DNA of 64,000 nucleotides from Selaginella moellendorffii (Eukaryota; Plantae; Lycopodiophyta): positions 68,169-132,168 of the forward strand of contig NW_003314304.1 in the NCBI RefSeq assembly GCF_000143415.4. Reading direction: 5' to 3'. This document shows, one piece after another, positions 47,073-62,410 of this stretch. The notes beneath the pieces were generated by a model. That model saw only the letters and a program-made list of their open reading frames with translations. It did not search any database and was not told the DNA's origin. The position numbers were made by a program, and so were the translations under genes. The stretch's first letter is position 1; each line of letters starts with the position of its first letter.

Positions 47073-49345
47073 ATGGCGGCGAGTCTCTTCGGCATGTTCT
47101 TGCATCTCGTCGGTAAGCGCCTGATGTCTCTGCTGGATCTCCTCTATCGCGATCGCCGCAGCGTCGCAAATCGCGACTCGGATAATCTCCTTCGTCTTCA
47201 ATGTTTTGGTCACGCGCCGCCTCTCCCCGGGCGACTATGGAGTAAGAATGGCGATTTCTTGTGGTTTTTTCGTGATATTTTCCTTGTCTGTGTAGTATTC
47301 TCTGCAATTCCAGCTCTTGATCACCACGATTTTATTCCTGAGCCGGGAAGGATTCCGGAGAGGTTGTCTTCGAAGCAATAACGAAGGAGAGAATGACAAG
47401 GACGGGGGAACCGCGTAAGCTCGAGTTTCTTTTGTTTGTAGCTTGTCTTCTCACTGTGATTACTTCGACAGTGAATTCGCAAAGGTTGCCAGCGTTGCCT
47501 GGCTCACTGTCCCGGCAGGCATTGCGACATCAATCGCTTCATGTGCCATTGTTGTTCTGTGGAAAAGAGTGGAGGTCTCCAGAGCTTACGAAAGAGCTGT
47601 CATAATCTACGGTAACCCCGAAAGCATTTTTAATCTTATGCCATCGCTTGTGATTGATCAGGTTGTGCGGCTGTGTTTGAGATCTTGAGCGAGCCATTCT
47701 ATATAATCGCGCAGAATCTGTGCCTTGTAAGGTTGCGTGTTGTTATTGAGACATCAGCTTCACTCGTTCGGTGCTTTACATCGTATGGTCTGCTCGTCAG
47801 AGGAATAGGAAAAGTATGGCCTGCTCTTTGCTCTTGGGATTTCCTTGCTAACAAAAAATCCAGGAGGGAGGACTCGTCTTTGCGTATGGTCAAGTGGCAT
47901 ATGGTTTGTGCCTCTTCCTTGGGTATTGGGGATATTTTCTCGTTTTCCACCAAAGTACCAAGCGACTTTTAAACAGGTTTGCAAGCAGTGTAAAGGCTAA
48001 GCTCTTACTTATGGATGATGTTCATGTCGTGCAGGAGGGTTCTCTGTCATCCTGATAAAAAGCTGCTATCAATGTGTGGACTGTTCACACTTCAATCGAT
48101 TCAGAAGCTGGTTCTCCAAGAAGGGGAGAAATTTGTCCTGGTTTTCTTCGAAACAACGTATAATCAAGGAGTCTACGGTTTAGTCGAGAACCTTGGTAAG
48201 TTTCTGACTCTTTTCAACTCAAACCTTAGACGATTTCCAACGCAGGAAGTTTAGTAGTTCGTACTCTTTTGCAACCTCTAGAGGAAAGCGTTTTCACCAT
48301 GTTCTCGAAGGCTTTCCAAGGTAAAAGACAATAATGGTATGGGATCTTAAGAACATTGTCCTGTTCAGAAAAGTCCACGAAACAACAGCAGAACTTGGAG
48401 AACAGCTTTGTACTGGCCACGAAACTCGTCAGCATTGTAGGTAAGCTTCACGTTTTTGTAGCTTGTTTTCACCTTTCCAAGGCCTCACGTTCGCGGCGTT
48501 CGGTCCGAGCTATTCGTATGTTCTGCTAAAGCTACTGTACGGTGAACGATGGAGCGATGGGGAAGCTCCTATTGCTCTTGGTGTTTACTCCATTTACGTC
48601 ATGGTTCTCGCGGTAAATGGTACGCTTCTCTTTATTCTTCGGCGCCTTAATTGTGTTAAAATGATTCCTGACAGGTGTTACGGAAGCCTTCGTGCACGCT
48701 GTTCTCACCAAGGAGCAGCTTGTCTCAGCAAACAGTTGGCTCCTCATGTTTTCGGTGATTCACATCGGTGTCAGCCTTGTTTCCGTCCGAATGTGGGGCT
48801 GCATTGGACTAATACTTGCAAGTGCCTTCAGTATCCTTCTTTCAGTATCTTGTTTTCTTTCGCTCCTTTACGTGACTTTGCTAGATATGATCGTCCGTAT
48901 TGTGTACTCGACAGTTCACATTCAACGACTTTTGAAGGTAGAAAAAAGTCGAATCATTCAGTGGAGTTTCTTCGTTTTGTCAAACTCTCAAGATATTGAC
49001 AACTTTTGACAGGGAGCACTGTGGAGGGCATTGCCCGCAAGACAAGTCTTCCTCGCACTGGCTGGAGGAGCTGTTGTGGCTCGTTTAACTGAGGGTCTGA
49101 TTCTAGAAAAGAACGAGCGATTCAACAAAACAGTTGGCCTACACGTCGCAGCGGGAGTCTTTTCCGTATCTGTCCTCGCCACTTCAATGTAATGTATATC
49201 TTTCCATCTGTAGGTAGTTTTTGTTTTTAAAATGTTGACTCAGACTTGGACTTTGTCTTCGTTCACCAGATACAAACACGAGTCGTCCGCTATCCAGGAA
49301 CTTCGAAACAACTTTCTTCCACGCAAGGACCGCAAAGACGAATAA
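47073..49345 (+). CDS. RFT1: RFT1 homolog (ER lipid-linked Man5GlcNAc2 flippase-associated protein), multi-exon
   Basis: Exon peptides [50 protein letters not shown]...PLEES, AFGPSYS, NGVTEAF, NMIVRI. The last exon ends RKDE* (TAA 49343-49345). Confidence 0.92.
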
Positions 49346-49822
49346 ACATTAGGGGGAGGATTCAAACACGCAACCCTTTGAGGTGAAAGTTTGGGCTCCG
49401 CCGCGAGGTTTGTTTTTCGTTTATCAGCATCAGGGAGAAATTTCAACGAGAAAAAGGTTGAAGCTTCTAACTGTAAAACAGCGGATCATTAAGGAAAAAA
49501 TTCGCTCAGGTAGATACATCACACCGATTATCTTCTTAAGAAACAGTTCAAGGGGAATATGCGGACTATTGCGTATAGAAAGCCGAGAGGAACTCCAAGC
49601 TGCGAGCCAAAGCAGCATTTCGGCAACTGTTTGTGAAACAGATCTGAATCTCAAGCCGTAGCAACTCCAGCACATCAGCAGCAATAGCAACAGCAGCAGC
49701 AGCAGTAATTCTGGATTTAAGCAGCAGCAGTAAAGTTCCCATGGTTTTGGATATCTCGAGGAGCAGCAGGGAAGCTTGAAACGAAGTTTGAGACACTACG
49801 GCAGGATTCTGGTTCTGGAAGA

Positions 49823-51631
49823 ATGAGGTCCGTGGCACTAGCTCTTGGTAACAGCTTGAGGTCCCGATGGATGGCGGTGGTGGCAGGCATCTTCATCATG
49901 TCCGTCTCAGGTTCCATCTATGCGTTTGGAGTTTACTCCGCCGCTCTCAAGCGAGCTCTCAACTATAACCAGAAGACTCTCACCACCGTTGGCTTCTTCA
50001 AGGACTTCGGCAACATTGGGATCTTTGCTGGGATCATAGCGGACCTCTGCCCGGCCTGGGTGGTGCTCTCCATCGGCGTGGCTTTCAACTCTGTTGGCTA
50101 TCTCATGATCTGGCTGGCCATGACTCACCGCACCCGCGCTCCGGCTCTCTGGCAAATGTTCGTCTACATCACCATTGGAGGGAATTCCGTGGCCTTCACT
50201 CACTCCGGAGCTCTCGTCACTTGCGTCAAGAACTTCCCACTCCACCGGGGGATGATAGTCGGGCTTCTCAAAGGATTCCTGGGCCTCAGCACCGCCATCC
50301 TCTCGCTCTTCTACCGGGCCATCTATGGCGACCACCCGAGCTCGTTCGTGCTGCTCATCGTCTATCTCCCGCTCGCAGTGATCCTGAGCTTCATGTTCTT
50401 CATCCGCCCCCTCCCAGTCCCCTCGGACGGAAAGATCGAGGACGAGGCCCGGGTGTTTTACCGGCTGCTGGCCTTCGAGCTCCTGGTGGCCGGTTACTTG
50501 ATGCTGGTGATCCTCGTGCAACACTCAGTGAAGCTTGACAAGGCCGTCAACGGGGGGCTCGCTGGGCTCCTCGCGCTACTCCTGTGTATCCCGTTCGCGA
50601 TGGTGGTGGCGATGGAGCTGCGGAAGCTCCGAGCCGAGAAGCCTGTGATAGACGTGGAGTCGAGCAAAGACGAAGGTGGGGACAAGGCTGGTGGTCCGAT
50701 ACTCGACGGTGCATACGGAGGTGGCAGCAAAGACAGGGACAAAGCACTGGCAAAGGTGGAGCCCCGAGAGTCCTCGGAAGAAGACGAGGCCGTCACTGTT
50801 CCGCTGGAGGCTCCACCGCCAGCGCCAGTGCCAGAGGCAGCGCCAGTACTCCGCCGCCGCAGCATCGTCCAGAGAGCCGGCGAGCTCTTCAAGACGCCAC
50901 CCATCGGCAGCGACTTCACAGTGTGGCAGGCTCTCGTCCACCTCGACTTTTGGCTGCTGTCCGCGGCGTCCACCGCGGGGCTGGGAGCCGGGCTCATGCT
51001 CATCGACAACCTCGGCCAGATTGGAAGCTCCTACGGCTACGACGCCGAGAGAACCAACACCTTCGTGTCCCTCACCAGCATCTGGAACTGCCTGGGCCGA
51101 GTTGGATCCGGCTTCGTGTCCGAGTACTTCGTCCAGCGCAGTGGCCTCGCCCGGCCCTTCTTCTTCGCGCTCGCGCTGGGACTGTCCGCTATCGGCTACC
51201 TCACCATCGCCCTCGATCTTCCTGGAGCTCTCTTCATCGGCTCCATCCTCATCGGCCTGTGCTTTGGCGCGCAGTGGGCGCTTCTTCACATCATCATCTC
51301 GGAGATATACGGGCTCAAGTACTACGGGACGCTGCAAAGCATCATCGCCATGGCCAGTCCGCTGGGGACGTATCTCCTGTCCGTGCGGGTGGCGGGGTAT
51401 ATGTATGACAGGGAGGCCGCGCGGCAGTTGCCGCGCGGTACTGCGGAGTCGTGCCATGGTACCGTGTGCTACCGGACAAGCTTGTTGATTATGTGCGGGG
51501 TGTGCTGCGCGGGGTGCTTGTTGACGCTGGTGATATCGGTGAGGACGAGGAGGTTTTACAAGAGGGAGGTTTTCGAGACGCTCAAGGCCAAGAAGATTGA
51601 GCTGGTTAATGCCAAAAAAGCATCTAGGTGA
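49823..51631 (+). CDS. Second nodulin-like MFS transporter (NFD4-like), 602 aa, intronless
   Basis: Same family motifs (VKNFPLHRG, IDNLGQIG, ISEIYGLKYYG, CHGTVCYR); diverged paralog of 45050-46981. Confidence 0.95.
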   Translation: MRSVALALGNSLRSRWMAVVAGIFIMSVSGSIYAFGVYSAALKRALNYNQKTLTTVGFFKDFGNIGIFAGIIADLCPAWVVLSIGVAFNSVGYLMIWLAMTHRTRAPALWQMFVYITIGGNSVAFTHSGALVTCVKNFPLHRGMIVGLLKGFLGLSTAILSLFYRAIYGDHPSSFVLLIVYLPLAVILSFMFFIRPLPVPSDGKIEDEARVFYRLLAFELLVAGYLMLVILVQHSVKLDKAVNGGLAGLLALLLCIPFAMVVAMELRKLRAEKPVIDVESSKDEGGDKAGGPILDGAYGGGSKDRDKALAKVEPRESSEEDEAVTVPLEAPPPAPVPEAAPVLRRRSIVQRAGELFKTPPIGSDFTVWQALVHLDFWLLSAASTAGLGAGLMLIDNLGQIGSSYGYDAERTNTFVSLTSIWNCLGRVGSGFVSEYFVQRSGLARPFFFALALGLSAIGYLTIALDLPGALFIGSILIGLCFGAQWALLHIIISEIYGLKYYGTLQSIIAMASPLGTYLLSVRVAGYMYDREAARQLPRGTAESCHGTVCYRTSLLIMCGVCCAGCLLTLVISVRTRRFYKREVFETLKAKKIELVNAKKASR

Positions 51632-53135
51632 GAATTTGTACACATTATATCAAAATTTAAGACAAAAGAATTGTCTTAAGCTTTAAGACAAAAGAATACA
51701 TAAACACATATATGGCAGTTTATTTTTATTTTGAATTGCACACAATCTCATTTTGCTTAGAATAATAACAATTGAAAAGTGATTGTGGGGATGCCAAATA
51801 CGAATTCAATCTATGTCAGTTGGGATTGCCAAATCAAATATGAAATGTTTTTTGGGTGTAAAATTGGGTGGAAAAATTGGGTGGAAATTGCATTAAGTAG
51901 CAGAATGTCAATCCACTCGCAATCGTCAACAACTACATGCACCTAAGTGTTAATCTAGAGTGTGATTGATCTCTACCTTAGAATTATGAAATTATCAATG
52001 GATTGAAAAGATTATAGCACTGTGTGGCATGTTAGATGAGATGGGTTTTAGCTGCTGTCTACTGCCTGCTGCACCAATTCAGCAACAGCATTGCCATGTT
52101 AGAGTGCTCTAAACAATTGGTTTGGATTTGTCAATTGTTATTACTACAAGCAAAATATGGAGGCTTTAGATTGATGGAAGTTTATGGCCAATACTCTTTG
52201 GCATAATGTTTGGTTTAGCTGGTTTCAAATCAAATCTATAGATCAATAATCTCATCATGCATTTTTCCCAAATTGAAAAAGAGGACTCACTTTTCTTGTG
52301 AGTCAACTAATGCATGTTATAACAAATTCAAGCAACACATGTATGGCAATTGTGATTGAGCATGCCTGTATTATATGTGCATGCATACATTACATGTTTT
52401 CACACATGCACATGTGGATTAATTTTTTTAATTTTGAGTTGTATGCAAAAATATTAACTTTTAGATTGCAGCTGAAACATAATTGTATGTATAATTTTTG
52501 TGTGCATGGAGCATGAACTAATGCCATGTCATCTTAAACAACGTTATGTCATTACAAATTTAATAAAGGATTTTTTTTTCATTCTTGTGTCATTGAGTCT
52601 CCTATCATTCTGCATAGTTATGCTTCATTTATCATGACTTTGAAGTGTATTTTGATATCTCAAGTGTATTTTGATTGTACTGCACCCTAATGTAATTTGT
52701 TTATAATAAGGTGCCTTAATTTAGGTAGCAATTAATTAGCTTATATGTAATTGATGAATGTAAAGGTGAGGGTAAAACATTTCTTTAGATGCTTGGGGTG
52801 TTACGTAAAGTAGTTTTTCCATGACCAAGTGAATCTTATTGTAATTGCAATAAGGCATTAACTTCATTGATTTCTTGTGTTCCTTTGCTTTTTATGGCTT
52901 TTTTGTTTCTCCATGTGCATCCCTGCTGACATATTTGTGTTTAAAACACATAGTCACACCACCAAAATAATGTTTTTCAAATTGCTTAAGTTCTGTAGAT
53001 GGTGCCATCCCAACTAGATAACCACATGCAATCACGTTAATAATACTTGAATTTCTTAATTTACCTTTATGGGATAGATGAACCGAAATTCTCGACTAAA
53101 ATAGAATATTCTAATTTTCCAGAATTTTTTAAAAT

Positions 53136-53350
53136 TCTTATTCGTCGTTTAGTTTGACCCGATTCGATCAAACCTTTAATGTGGCTTCAGCGAGCGACTT
53201 GGATTGAAAACTGAATGCCTTGCCTGCCAGTTAGATCCACCTAGCGTCATTAGTCGTAGGCCCAAGGCTGTCTGGAACTGGAACTATTCCAACCACTTGT
53301 TCGTTTGATACGGGCGGACGGGGATATGATCCAGCAATAAACCTGGCAAA
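53136..53350 (-). repeat. Duplicate of the YAK1 terminal exon and 3' UTR
   Basis: Aligns to 53779-54022 (GGCGGACGGGGATATGATCCAGCAATAAA; AGCGAGCGACTTGGATTG; TTCTTATTCGTCGT). Confidence 0.85.
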
Positions 53351-53935
53351 AGAAAAAGCAAGAGAACAGATAGTGGAGATCTCAGATAGCTCTAGAGAGC
53401 GCCATAGCCTGGAATTAGTGGAGGAAAGGCAAAAAGGAGGACGCTGCAAAATGGCGGAGCTCCGTGATCAATGAGTCATTCATTTTCATTCATTCATATA
53501 TTGTTTTCATATATTCATGCTTCTTGGGGACCATGTAAACAGTATATGAATGAAGCTTTTGGGCCATGAACGAGACCAGTAAGACATTTTGTAGAAACCA
53601 TTTTTATTTCCTCGACACGACAGCGAAGCACCGCCCTGTCCGGAAACACGAGGCAAACCAGTGCCGTACATAAAATATCTTAAATTATCTTTTAAAATAT
53701 TCTAAAATCCATTTTTCTTCGTCGTTCTTTCGATGGTCATCATCGTGCGCTGGTCCCATGCAATCTCAAGCTTCCTTGTTTCTTATTCGTCGTGTAGTTG
53801 AATCGATCATATACTTTTCGTACCTTAGCGAGCGACTTGGATTGGAAACCGAATTGCTCACCTAGCATCATCAATGACCGGCCCAAGCGCAACCAACACC
53901 ACCACCAGGAACTGGACCACGCTCTTTAAAATCTC

Positions 53936-57483
<3,548 letters not shown>

Positions 57484-58037
57484 GCCTCAAATACCGAAAT
57501 TCCTGCCGTGATCCTCCAGGAGCCTCATTTTGCCCAGCCGATCCTTCCACAGCAGCCTGCCCTGCTCGATCGTCACGGCCACGCAGCGCAATCCCCCCAA
57601 AACCCTAGGCGCTCCCCCCATATTTCCTCAAACCCTGAGCATGGCGCTGCGCCAAAATCCCTCTCATCCCAGCGTCGCGGGCCTCACCCTAGCGCGATCG
57701 ATCCAGCCGCCGCCGCCGCCGCTGCCGCCACTCCAGCTTGCCGCAGCTCCGGCCGCCATAGCTCCTCCACGCATCCCATTGACATTGCTTCTCGACATCA
57801 TCTTTGTATTTTGTTTTTTTATCCCAGGGCTAACTGAGGACGCAAAACCCGCAATGCAATTTTGTGAACTGCCACGCCGGACGCCACGCCACCCAGAGCA
57901 TCTAGACACGTCGCCGGATTGTGCGGCCGCGCCAGCGCCACGTCACACACAAAAGTATATCCACGAACAATCCGCCAAACTTTAAAATCCCGCGAACTCT
58001 CACGCTCTCTCTGTTTCTTGGAAGTGTTTCTCTCAAC

Positions 58038-60516
58038 CTAGTCAAACAAAACCTTCTTTAATCGCTTCACTGCATCGAGGGCCGTCCTGTTTGTAGGCTC
58101 CAAGACGAGAGCTTGCCGAAAATCTATCAAGAAAAACCATAGAAAATGGAAGCATTAGCACCGACGATCTAAAAAAATCGCGAGAAAACAAAGATACCGT
58201 CGTGCGCTTCGTGGTAAGAGCCCAGAGCTTCCCTTGCAGTGCCTCTTCTAAGGTACGCTTTAACATTCTGTAACACACGTACACGCAAATGCCATGAGTG
58301 CTTATAGATAAGAACACACAAACTTTGACAAATGCGTACCTTCTTGTCCAGATCAATGGCCTTGCTGCAATCCTCCTCAACTTGTAGGAAGCTGCAGCCA
58401 ATAAAAAATAAACAGATTACACGTCCTGAGCTTGCCGGCCAAATGTTGAAAAAGAAAAACGTAAAAAAGAGACTTTTTCTTTCTTTTACCTGCACATCGA
58501 GAGATGAGCAACAGCCCTGTTGTTGTAGTACGTGCTGTTCAAAGGATCTAAGCGAATAGCTTCCGAGTAATGGCTGACAGCCTTGTGGTAGTCCTTGTTC
58601 TTGAAAGCGAGATTTCCCTGCAATGCAACGCAAAGGTCAGTTGAGATCTATACTATAGAGAGGTGGCGTACGAAAGTACCTTCTCTTTCGCGGCTTCCGC
58701 CGCGTTTGTTTTCGCGTTAACTAGCGGCAGCGCACTGTTTTTGAGGTCCTCTTTCACCATCACATGCAGTGCAAGGACCGCATCAAGTAAAAAGCGATCA
58801 CCACCTTGTCTTGCCATTACCGAGAATGCAAGAGGCGCATCGTCAAAAGTCCCTACAGGCATCGACACCTAGAAAGGAAAACGAAGTTTAAGTCTGCATA
58901 TACGGAGGACCACACAGCCTCACCTGACAGCAGCCGGACATCCCAGCAATCGCAAGCAACGCAAATGCTTTTTCACGATAGTCATCCAGCGCTTTTCCCT
59001 TCGTGTTTAGCTTTGGTGGTGGACCAGGAGTTGTGGGAAGCACAAGTAGAACATCGTCCTGCAAAGCCACCTTGGCGTCAACAAATGCGATAAACATCAT
59101 GATATACTTGCCTTCATAAGATCGCTCATTGCAGCGAACACTTCAGCCTTCACACTCATAGCAAGAACAATTTCCTCTGCAGTGGTCTTCAATGCGGCTC
59201 TTACTCTTTCGAGAATACCAGGTCCCAGATCTGGGTTCACTCCGCTCAGCCAAGCTTCATGATTTGTCTTGAATTCAAACCTGAGATGGCAAACAATAAA
59301 TGAAGCGGTTGCAAGAAAACAGTACCTCTGTATCAAACTGAGAGCTTTCGATAATCCTACAAGTGGAGAAGACGCTGTTTCATCGCAAAAGGCCTGCAGG
59401 CTGGGTGACTTGCTTAGGAGATATGGGCCAATATCCATGTTAGACATTGTTTTTTCTGCAAAACGCGCCGAAGTTGGTTCTCTAATCTGAGTAAACACAA
59501 CCACTTACTACCAAGCACCCGTTCAAAGCATCGGGCAACGACCGCCTTGGTTCGCTCCGGAGGAGCAGAGCTGAGGGTAAAGCAGTCATCTGCCATGATC
59601 ACCCGTTGTGGTTGTCTGGGTTCCATGAATGGTTGCTGCAGCAAAGCGTAGCCAACTTGTCGAAGAACATTCGGCTCCTTTGCAAACCATCCTGACATTA
59701 CAGAATCAAGACATATAACATGAACTTGAAAAAAAAGGCCTACCAACGGTATCAAAGCTCTGAGCCATCGGAATAACTCCAGACGTCGAGATCGTTCCAT
59801 GCGAAGGTCGGAACCCGATGATGCCACAGAAGGCAGCAGGAACTCTCACACTTCCGCCAGTATCAGTTCCTAGACAAACATACCTGCTTAAGCTAAGACG
59901 ATTTAAACAACTTTAACTCACCTAGAGCAAAATCAACTAGGCCAGCAGCCACGGCCACAGCAGAACCGCTAGAAGACCCACCCGGGACTCTGCTCGGTGA
60001 CGCGGGATTGATAGGCGTTCCATAATGCTTGTTCTCACCATTGATACTGCTCGCAAAAGAGAATCGAAACTGTGTAAGCACCTAGTTCTCACGAAAAAGA
60101 ATCACCTGTAAGCTAGCTCATCCATATGCGTCTTTCCAATGCACGCCGCTCCAGCACGAACAAGGAGCTGGACAACGAAAGCGGTTTGTGTCGCGGGTCC
60201 ATGGGTCTTGAGCCAGTCGGGGTTTCCAAAACCCGTGATAAACCCCTCGATATCAAAACTGGAAAGAACACACGCACAAGAAAGCTTTGTGACGCAGCAC
60301 AACAAAGAGAACATACATGTCCTTGACGGCGAAAGTGAGCCCGGCGAGCGGCGGCGGAGCTCTGGGAGGCGGCGGGGCTGGCGGCGGATTGAGCTCCAGG
60401 TACTGGATGAATGCCCCGTTGCCGGCGCGGACGCCCTTTCGCTGGCGCCGGGAGAAGATGAGCAATCCGGCAATGCCAATTCCCACAAGCACCAGCAGGT
60501 TTGTGGAAGTGGACAT
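58038..60516 (-). CDS. TOC64: TOC64/OM64-type outer-membrane protein: N-terminal TM anchor + amidase domain + 3 TPRs
   Basis: [102 protein letters not shown]...FD*. Confidence 0.92.
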
Positions 60517-60884
60517 CGCCCGCGGCGAGAAGGATTTCCAGCTCTCCGCGCTCATACAAGCATGCTTTTCTCGTCAATCGCCAAGAGACCCCCCCCCCCC
60601 CTCTCACCTGGAGAATCGTCTTTCCCCCAAAACCCTAGCAATCTCTCACTGCCGCCATACCTAAGAACCAGGAGAGTGAAAATATCTCTCGCCAGACAAA
60701 TTTCCCTTCATTACATGCCCTATAGAAAAACGGGAAATATTCCTTGATACCCTCAAGAACCCTAATTCGCTGACCCGGAGAATATTCTTTGATACCCCTC
60801 AAGAAACCTAACTCTAAAAAACCAAGAAAGACAAATATTTACAGCGTCTCACTTGCGCCGATCGATCGATCGATCGATTCACGA

Positions 60885-61490
60885 TCAGACCTGCGCAGCG
60901 GCGGGAGGATTATCAGCCGCGGCATCGCCATCCTCGCTCTTGGTCCCCGCCAGAGCATCGTTGCTCAAGCCGCCGCCGCCGCCAGCGCCATCGCTCTCCT
61001 CTGGAAATCTCACCACCACCACCGGGCAGACGCAGTGCTGGACGCAGTAATCGCTGACGCTGCCCAGCCGCCCCTTCCTGGCGGGCGGCTTGGAAGCCCC
61101 AAACCCCCGGCTGCCCAAGATGAGGGCATTCACGCCCAGGCGCTCCACCTCGAGGCACAGCCGCTCCTTCATGTCGTGGTCCTTGACAATGTGGATTTTG
61201 TGTGGGAGCTTGGATTCCAGCAGCGGCCGCGCCAGATCCAGGCTCTTGGACGACGTGAATGCGTCGAAATCGTCCTCCATCTTCTGCTGGGATTCCTCGT
61301 CGTCGAAGGACACGGCGTGGTCGACCACGCCCCAATCGGCGCCATAGAGAACGCTGGTGGGGCGGACATGAAGGAGGATCACGCTATCGCCCGGGCGGAG
61401 ATAGTTCTCCACCGCCCACCGCACGGCATACGCACTCTCATCGCTCAAATCCACCGCGATTGCGATCTTCCTCTGCCCGGTGCTCGCCAT
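60885..61490 (-). CDS. Universal stress protein A-like (PHOS32/PHOS34 type), 201 aa, intronless
   Basis: RKIAIAVDLSDESAYAVRWAV, HVRPTSVLYGADWG, KDHDMKERLCLEVERLG, GSRGFG, LGSVSDYCVQHC. Confidence 0.95.
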   Translation of the reverse strand: MASTGQRKIAIAVDLSDESAYAVRWAVENYLRPGDSVILLHVRPTSVLYGADWGVVDHAVSFDDEESQQKMEDDFDAFTSSKSLDLARPLLESKLPHKIHIVKDHDMKERLCLEVERLGVNALILGSRGFGASKPPARKGRLGSVSDYCVQHCVCPVVVVRFPEESDGAGGGGGLSNDALAGTKSEDGDAAADNPPAAAQV

Positions 61491-61628
61491 ACTCCCCCCA
61501 ATCCAACCCTAGCTCTAGAGAATTCCTAGATCTTGCTCACACTTCCATGAATGCCATATCCAAATCCCTAGGTTATAATTTTTAGGGTTCTAGGGAAAGC
61601 GCAATATATTTTGCTCGTTTGCTCGGCT

Positions 61629-62140
61629 ATGGCGGAGGAGGGGAGCGGCGGCAGCAGGGGCAGGATGGTCGATTCCGTCGGGAGGCCAATCGCGAAGCCT
61701 CGCCCTCACCGCTGCGACGATCGGCTCGAGGACTTCATCAATGTGCGTAAGCTGCTGCCCGCATTCTCGTTTGTCAGGGTTTTCTTCTGCTTCTTCTTTC
61801 ACGATTTTAGCTCTTCTTTGTTGCATTGTGGTGATCAGTCGCTTTTTGAGGGCTGGAGCTGTGTGCCTGGGCGTGCAAAACTTTGGTGGCGATGCATGCG
61901 CTCTGAGCCTGGGTATTTTCTCGATCTCTAGTGCTGTCTTCTTTTCTCTGTTTTTTCCTCTGTGATGAATGTGATAAGCTTGCAGTCAAGAGCCAGATGA
62001 TCCTTACGTTTACCACGAACCGAAGCAGCGTAAATTTTTTCTTTCTTCATTTTCTTTTGAATCGTCTTGACATTGTTGCTTTGTTCTTATGGTTTTTGCA
62101 GGTAAATAGTAGATCACAATGTCAGCTTTAGTAGAAGATG
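61629..62140 (+). CDS. Small hypothetical protein (~80-90 aa, 3-4 exons), divergent from the USP gene
   Basis: Exons 61629-61742, 61839-61912 and 61986-62029 join in frame via GT-AG: MAEE...PHRCDDRLEDFIN/SLFEGWSCVPGRAKLWWRCMRSEP/GQEPDDPYVYHEPKQ. The 3' end is uncertain. Confidence 0.55.
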
Positions 62141-62410
62141 ACGCAAATGATAGAAGTTTGGCCAACAAAGACGATTCTACGAGCTTGTAGCTACAAGAAT
62201 CGGCGCTGCATGAGCTCGGTGTCGTTAGTGGCACACCGCAGGTCTCTACCCTTTAGTGTTTTTGGAGAGTTTAGATGTAGTTCCCCAAAATTGTGGTGGC
62301 TATCTGCGACGCTTGCTGGTTAGTATATCATTTTTACTTTGACAGGTCATAACCAGTTCTTTATCCAGGGCGTAACTGCCGGTTTTGTACTTCGTCAGGT
62401 GATTCATCGA

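Noticed and set aside
41760-51631. XTH-MFS-RFT1-MFS as a cell-wall or glycan gene cluster
   Set aside because: No shared pathway is demonstrable from sequence; adjacency is explained by high gene density and local duplication.
45032-51643. Long antisense and alternative-frame ORFs over the MFS genes (also over the USP gene)
   Set aside because: Expected shadows of GC3-rich coding sequence.
51650-53100. AT-rich intergenic block with short repeats as a possible Helitron or DNA transposon
   Set aside because: I could not identify termini, a TSD or a coding remnant.
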